Source of the DNA: an archaeon
Lineage (GTDB): Archaea > Asgardarchaeota > Thorarchaeia > Thorarchaeales > Thorarchaeaceae
Direction: 5' to 3'
NCBI GenBank assembly: GCA_024275415.1
Contig: JAJRZD010000042.1
Span: 39,492-71,491 of the forward strand
Length of the DNA: 32,000 bases
The notes under the pieces were generated by a model. That model ran no database searches, was not told the DNA's origin, and saw only the letters and a list, made by a program, of their open reading frames with translations. Positions 27,274 through 32,000 of the stretch are shown in pieces (position 1 is the stretch's first letter; the number at the start of each line of letters is the position of its first letter). A program made the translations under genes and the position numbers.

Positions 27274-28104
27274 ATGGCATCTCTCCTTGAACTTCTCAAA
27301 TACATTGACATTATTTCACCGAGAAACTATGAGATTCTAGGCAAAGAGGGGTATGTTGAGGTAGGCCCAGAAACGGTAAGAGAGCAGAAAAAGACCACAA
27401 TCAATAGGGTTCTAATTACTGTCTACCCTTCATCGAAGGCAATCGCCAAGGCATCTCAGGATAAGGCGAACCTCATTATCACCTATTATCCAATGTTCAA
27501 TGCTCCAACCAGAAAGATTGTAGGGCTTGATTTAGTGCGTTTGAGGTTGCTGGTCAAGAATTACATATCCATGTATGTGATTGGGAGCTCATGGGTTGCT
27601 GCGAAGGATGGGCTTACTGATGCACTCTCAGATGTGCTGGATCTCAATGTCTTGAGAGAGTTCACCGTCAAAGGTGCCGGGGAAAACCTAATCCCCATCG
27701 GCAGAATATGTAGGATTGATCAGGACATGAATCATTCTGGGTTCATCAACTATGTATCATCTAAGCTCGGCATAGAGAGTGTTTCATTTACGGGGGTAGT
27801 AGATGATGAAGTAGGAGAAGTGATGCTTTGTGCAGGAGATCTCCTTAACGGGCAACTGCTTTCCAAATGCGTACAAGAAGAAGTCAAGACCATTGTTACT
27901 GGACACCTATTTCCTGAAGACAAGTTGAAAGCTCATACCTTCGGATTGAACATTATCGAACTGGGGCAGTTTATAACCGAAACGCCAGGCATGAGGAGAT
28001 TAAAGAGTGTTTTGAGCATAGAGTATCCCGACCTCAAGATCGAGTTCGTTGAAACAGAACCTATCACTCAAACACTCAGGACGTATCAGGCGGATATGGC
28101 ATAA
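27274..28104 (+). CDS. NIF3/DUF34-family protein with degenerate metal ligands
   Basis: EGYVEVG...INRVLITV, ANLIIT..P, GLTDALSDVL, IGRIC, EVMLCAG, LG.FITETPG overall NIF3 pattern. Confidence 0.78.
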   Translation: MASLLELLKYIDIISPRNYEILGKEGYVEVGPETVREQKKTTINRVLITVYPSSKAIAKASQDKANLIITYYPMFNAPTRKIVGLDLVRLRLLVKNYISMYVIGSSWVAAKDGLTDALSDVLDLNVLREFTVKGAGENLIPIGRICRIDQDMNHSGFINYVSSKLGIESVSFTGVVDDEVGEVMLCAGDLLNGQLLSKCVQEEVKTIVTGHLFPEDKLKAHTFGLNIIELGQFITETPGMRRLKSVLSIEYPDLKIEFVETEPITQTLRTYQADMA

Positions 28105-28112
28105 CTGACCTT

Positions 28113-29018
28113 TCATCGCAGTAATATGACATTCTTGTTTCTTTCACACCCCACATGCGTAGCGACTGGAATACATTTGGTTCTCATGATGTGTACAACG
28201 GGACTGGGTAGGTCGATTTCTGTCATGGATTCGTAGTTCCCCATCCCTTTGGCCACAATCAACTTTGCATTATACAGTAATGAGATGAATTCCTCCGAGT
28301 CACGTTCCAGATTGACCCCGATTGCAGGAGCACCAGTATCAAGAACACTATCAGCGTGTTCATGAAGTCCTACTTCATCAGCATCAAGAAGTGTGGCATC
28401 ATTGAGAATGGGCCCTCCTTTCACTACAGCGTATACTTTAGGGCCTAGTCGCTTGATCTCCCTGATGAGGATGATATCGAGAACAATCTCACCAGCATTG
28501 TCCAAGAGATACACGACCTCTGAAACATCATTGCAGTACCTGTAGAACTCGGTAGTCTGGTCAATCGCTAGGTCCTCTTCAACCCGTTCGATTATGCTTC
28601 TCAGCTCATGTATATCAAAGTCCCGTCCAGACACATCAAACTCGATGGCATTGGCAGCAGCAGCAATTAGTGTTGCTTTTCTAAAACGGCGAAATGCATC
28701 GGTTTCTTCTTCGACAATGCCCCATAGTTCAGGAAGAATCGAAAGGGCCATGGTGTTCGAGAGGTGCTTGAGTTCCTTGTAGGGGTCTTTCCCTGTTATC
28801 TGTTGGACAATAAGGTCTCTGTCAGTCCCGATATGACTAGGCACCGATTCGCTTGTGAACTGCATACTCAGCATGTGTAGTATTTCAGAAACCACTTTCA
28901 TGTGGACAGACGTATCATCAGATGCTAATTTGGCTTGGTTGACTGCACGCTCTAATAGGCAATGAGCACACTGCATTTGTACTTTCATAGATAGGAACCT
29001 ACTCATCCAGTCAGTCAT
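28113..29018 (-). CDS. DUF89/ARMT1-like damage-control phosphatase
   Basis: CAHCL, DPYKELK..SN, ANAIEF, YLLDNAGEIVLD, VKGGPILNDAT, AKGMGNYESMTE; TAATG coupling to tpiA. Confidence 0.92.
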   Translation of the reverse strand: MTDWMSRFLSMKVQMQCAHCLLERAVNQAKLASDDTSVHMKVVSEILHMLSMQFTSESVPSHIGTDRDLIVQQITGKDPYKELKHLSNTMALSILPELWGIVEEETDAFRRFRKATLIAAAANAIEFDVSGRDFDIHELRSIIERVEEDLAIDQTTEFYRYCNDVSEVVYLLDNAGEIVLDIILIREIKRLGPKVYAVVKGGPILNDATLLDADEVGLHEHADSVLDTGAPAIGVNLERDSEEFISLLYNAKLIVAKGMGNYESMTEIDLPSPVVHIMRTKCIPVATHVGCERNKNVILLR

Positions 29019-29704
29019 TAATTGATAATCGGTTCGATAAGACCAAGAAGCACGTCCTCTGGTTTGTCAGACTTGGCGACTGCGGACGCCAAAAGGACAC
29101 CTTGAGAGCCCAAGTCAATGGCGGCTTTAACATCGGTTCCAGTACTGATTCCAGCACCACAAAGTATTGCTACATCTTTGTTAACGTCACGGATCATATT
29201 GACAGTGTCAGTGATAATCTCAGGTTGGGCTTGAGAAACTGAAATGCCTGACCCGATGAGCTCGGGGGGTTCCACAGCTACAGCAGAAGGCTTGATGCTC
29301 GCTGCAGCAACACTGACCACAGGATTATTGGTACAGACAATGGTGTAGAGACCTAGGTCGTCGGCTTTTCGGACGGATGCATCTACATCCGCCAAAAGCA
29401 TTCGGTTCTCTGAATGATTGAGAAGGGTTCCGACAACACCATTCTCAACGAGTGTTTCCCCAAGAACATGTCCGGTGAACCTGCCAGGATCCCCAGCATC
29501 CATGTGCTGTGAGAATACAGGAATGTCCACCGCTTCGGCGACTCGAAACAAATCGGGTATCTGGGGTGCAACAACAATGGACACAGCATGTTCCTTTGCG
29601 ACCTTCTCGCAGGTGGTTGCAAGAGCGACCGCTCGTTCTCCGGTAGCTTGAGGATAGGTCTTGAAATTGATGGCAATGACTGGAAGTCCTATTTTTGTCA
29701 TCAT
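29018..29704 (-). CDS. tpiA: Triosephosphate isomerase (archaeal type)
   Basis: INFKTY, SQH, LLNHSE, AVEPPELIGSG, LCGAGI, GVLLASAV; AGGAG SD before ATG 29704. Confidence 0.96.
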   Translation of the reverse strand: MMTKIGLPVIAINFKTYPQATGERAVALATTCEKVAKEHAVSIVVAPQIPDLFRVAEAVDIPVFSQHMDAGDPGRFTGHVLGETLVENGVVGTLLNHSENRMLLADVDASVRKADDLGLYTIVCTNNPVVSVAAASIKPSAVAVEPPELIGSGISVSQAQPEIITDTVNMIRDVNKDVAILCGAGISTGTDVKAAIDLGSQGVLLASAVAKSDKPEDVLLGLIEPIIN

Positions 29705-29781
29705 ACTCCTTCCTGCTGGAGCTGTTGATGAATGCTCCAACAGGCATTGGCAAACCCAAGTGCAATATTAAGGTTGTTTCA

Positions 29782-30402
29782 TCACCTGACTGCGCCAATC
29801 AGGAGTTTCAGAGGGGGAATCCGAGCATAACCTCGACGGTTCAGTTCGGTGATTGGCTTTCGCAGCTCGATCTTTACGAACTTGCCTGGTTCCGCGTTCT
29901 TGTAGTACTTCATGTAAAGCGTAGAGAACTCTGAGAAGTTGGCAGCGCTGAGGAGGTCTCCTACAGCATCATTCCCAATACGGATGAAGACATCCTCATC
30001 GGGAGCAGTCCCAGTCCCGATCTGTACCTCGCCCATGGATGCCTTGGTAATGGTAAATCGTTCACCCATTGCCATGAGCTCAAGACGGAACTCATCTGGA
30101 GCTTGTATCGACTCGGCAAGTGGACCCTCAGTTAGCATGTATTTTAGTCGATCCTGAATTGTCGCATGATAGGGTATGGTAATAGTAAGCCCTTCTGATG
30201 TGACTTCTTCAGCCCCCTCTGGTTCTGATTCTTCTGCCTCGGCCGCGTCTGGTACTGACTCTTCGGCCTCAGTAACTTCTGACTCAGCGGCTGCTTCTGG
30301 TTCTTCGTCGGTAGCAGGTTGTTCAACTACCTCATCAACCACTTCTTCTTCAGAGGGCTTGTCATCATCTTTCTTCTTTTTCCCAAATATCCTTCGCATC
30401 AT
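29782..30402 (-). CDS. Hypothetical protein: acidic low-complexity linker plus SCP2-like (sterol-carrier-fold) C-terminal domain
   Basis: MMRRIFGKKKK, ~60-aa E/A/P-rich tract, then LELMAMGERFTITK...EVQIGTGTAPDEDVFIRI resembling the SCP2 fold (by eye); AGGTGA SD before ATG 30402. Confidence 0.6.
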   Translation of the reverse strand: MMRRIFGKKKKDDDKPSEEEVVDEVVEQPATDEEPEAAAESEVTEAEESVPDAAEAEESEPEGAEEVTSEGLTITIPYHATIQDRLKYMLTEGPLAESIQAPDEFRLELMAMGERFTITKASMGEVQIGTGTAPDEDVFIRIGNDAVGDLLSAANFSEFSTLYMKYYKNAEPGKFVKIELRKPITELNRRGYARIPPLKLLIGAVR

Positions 30403-30512
30403 TTTCCAATTCACCTTGACATAACTGCCATACGTTCGTGTACGTATTATGGTCCCATTCAAGCCAAACGTAGTGAACATTAATAGAAAAAGGTAATTCA
30501 GTTGTATAGGTC

Positions 30513-30740
30513 TTAGGGTTTCTTAGTGACCGACTCTGCAGCCTTAGCAGCCAGGGCTTCGATTTGAGCAATGAGCGGTCCGACATTCGTTTGTCTTCGG
30601 TCGCCCCAAAGCTCATCTACCAATAAATCCCTGATGGCAATACGGATGACCTCAGACCGATTGGGATACATCCCTTGCTCGATGAGCTTGTCAACTCCTT
30701 CGACATATGACTCTGGCATGCAGATTGTGACTACTCTCAT
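30513..30740 (-). CDS. Ribbon-helix-helix (CopG/Arc/MetJ) transcription regulator, CdrS-like
   Basis: MRVVTICMPESYVEGVDKLIEQGMYPNRSEVIRIAIRDLL. Confidence 0.88.
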   Translation of the reverse strand: MRVVTICMPESYVEGVDKLIEQGMYPNRSEVIRIAIRDLLVDELWGDRRQTNVGPLIAQIEALAAKAAESVTKKP

Positions 30741-30832
30741 TGTATACCGATACATCCTATGGAATACGGAGTAATGAAAGGGTGTCTGATGGAGGTGCGT
30801 ATCTAGGTAATACACACTCCGGTACTGAGATA

Positions 30833-31885
30833 TCAGGGTCGAAGGACTATCTTTCCGAACTGCTTTCCTTCCTCCAAGAATATATGCGCATCCCCTGCTT
30901 CAGATAGAGGGAAGATTCGATCTATAACAGGACGTACACGGTTCGTCCAGACGAGCTTTAATACCTCGTGTAGTTCGCCGCGACTTGACATCGTGCTTCC
31001 CAGTATCTCAAGCTGCTTCCAGAAGACAAGGTTCACGTTCGTCATCGCCATAGGACCAGAGGTCGCACCAGGAGTTACCAGTTTCCCGCCCTTCCGTAAG
31101 CTCTTGAGGCTTCGTTCCCAAGTAGCCTGTCCGACCGAGTCAAGAACTACATCCACACCACGCCTATTGGTGACCTTCCATATCTCCTTATGATAGTCGG
31201 GAGTTGTGTTGTGATTGATCAGTACGTCAGCACCCAATAATCGTGCCTTTTCTAATTTCGTATCAGAAGAGCTTGTGACAAATACTCTGGCGCCTGCTAC
31301 CTTGGCAATCTGTAATGCGGCAAGAGCTACACCTCCACCAATACCAATGACCAGCACATCATCTCCAGCTCTAATCTGACCTTTTGTCATCAGGAGCCTC
31401 CATGCGGTCATGAAAGTCAATGGTGTTGCAGCGGCTTCAGCATAATCCAGCGCGCATTCCTTGGGAACGGAAATGACATTCTCAGAGTTCACAACGATGT
31501 ACTCTGCATAGCCACCTCGGACATGCTCTCCGATGATCCTATAGGTTGAGCATAGCGATGTTTCGCCGATTCTACAGAACTCGCAAGTCCCACAGGATAG
31601 CCCGGGATCGATGACGACCTTCTGACCTACCTCATAATCCGCCTCGACTGATGAGCCTATTTCCTTGACTACACCAGAGATATCACTTCCGAGAATGTGG
31701 GGCATTTCTACTGTCATTCCCGGAATGCCACCTCGGACAAAAAGGTCGAGATGATTTAGCGCCACTGCTTTTATTTCTACCAGCACTTGATCCGGCTCTG
31801 GACTAGGAGTAGGAAAATCAGTATACTCTAACACATCCGGACCGCCATGTTCATGAAACAGACTTGCTTTCATCCTGCACATCAC
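30833..31885 (-). CDS. Zinc-binding MDR-family alcohol dehydrogenase/quinone oxidoreductase
   Basis: ALNHLD, PHILGSDISG, structural Zn CGTCEFC...LC, GIGGGVA Rossmann motif, GVDVVLDSVG, FGKIVL. Confidence 0.92.
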   Translation of the reverse strand: MMCRMKASLFHEHGGPDVLEYTDFPTPSPEPDQVLVEIKAVALNHLDLFVRGGIPGMTVEMPHILGSDISGVVKEIGSSVEADYEVGQKVVIDPGLSCGTCEFCRIGETSLCSTYRIIGEHVRGGYAEYIVVNSENVISVPKECALDYAEAAATPLTFMTAWRLLMTKGQIRAGDDVLVIGIGGGVALAALQIAKVAGARVFVTSSSDTKLEKARLLGADVLINHNTTPDYHKEIWKVTNRRGVDVVLDSVGQATWERSLKSLRKGGKLVTPGATSGPMAMTNVNLVFWKQLEILGSTMSSRGELHEVLKLVWTNRVRPVIDRIFPLSEAGDAHIFLEEGKQFGKIVLRP

Positions 31886-32000
31886 ACCTTCCCAAGGTAT
31901 AGTAATTGTTCATCTACCGATAAAACAATTACATTATGGCAAGAAAGCCATTTGGACAGACTTAACTTGACCTTTGCAGAGAGCAGTAATAACCACATCA

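Noticed and set aside
30170-30370. Repeat-like E/A-rich stretch as a DNA repeat or CRISPR
   Set aside because: It is low-complexity coding sequence with no regular repeat-spacer units; no CRISPR array was seen anywhere in the window.

Overview
Archaeal chromosomal window, probably Asgard (Thorarchaeia-like). The lineage is inferred from gene content and style and was not tested. Left to right it carries: a nurA-herA-mre11 DNA end-resection operon (mre11 runs off the left edge and is absent from the ORF track); an MBL-fold protein; a 593-aa cytoplasmic beta-sandwich protein resembling the mu-homology domain of adaptin/delta-COP; a DUF1998 helicase-arcS-raSEA operon; tandem thioredoxins; a gamma-CA-like protein; an M24-fold protein; two divergent tRNA-Arg genes (GCG with a D-loop BHB intron, and CCG); a PHP-domain surface protein; NIF3-like, DUF89, tpiA, SCP2-like, RHH and MDR dehydrogenase genes. 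The most striking feature is an AT-rich ~7.5 kb island (two paralogous secreted proteins, an IS scar, two FtsX-type permeases, no integrase). It is bounded by the intact tRNA-Arg(GCG) and, at the far end, by a decayed copy of that tRNA's 5' half carrying a different 33-nt hairpin intron at the same position. This suggests an integration that replaced the tRNA's 5' half, promoter and intron. Four metalloenzyme-fold proteins (MBL, gamma-CA, M24, NIF3) lack some or most canonical metal ligands. No CRISPR array or rRNA was seen.
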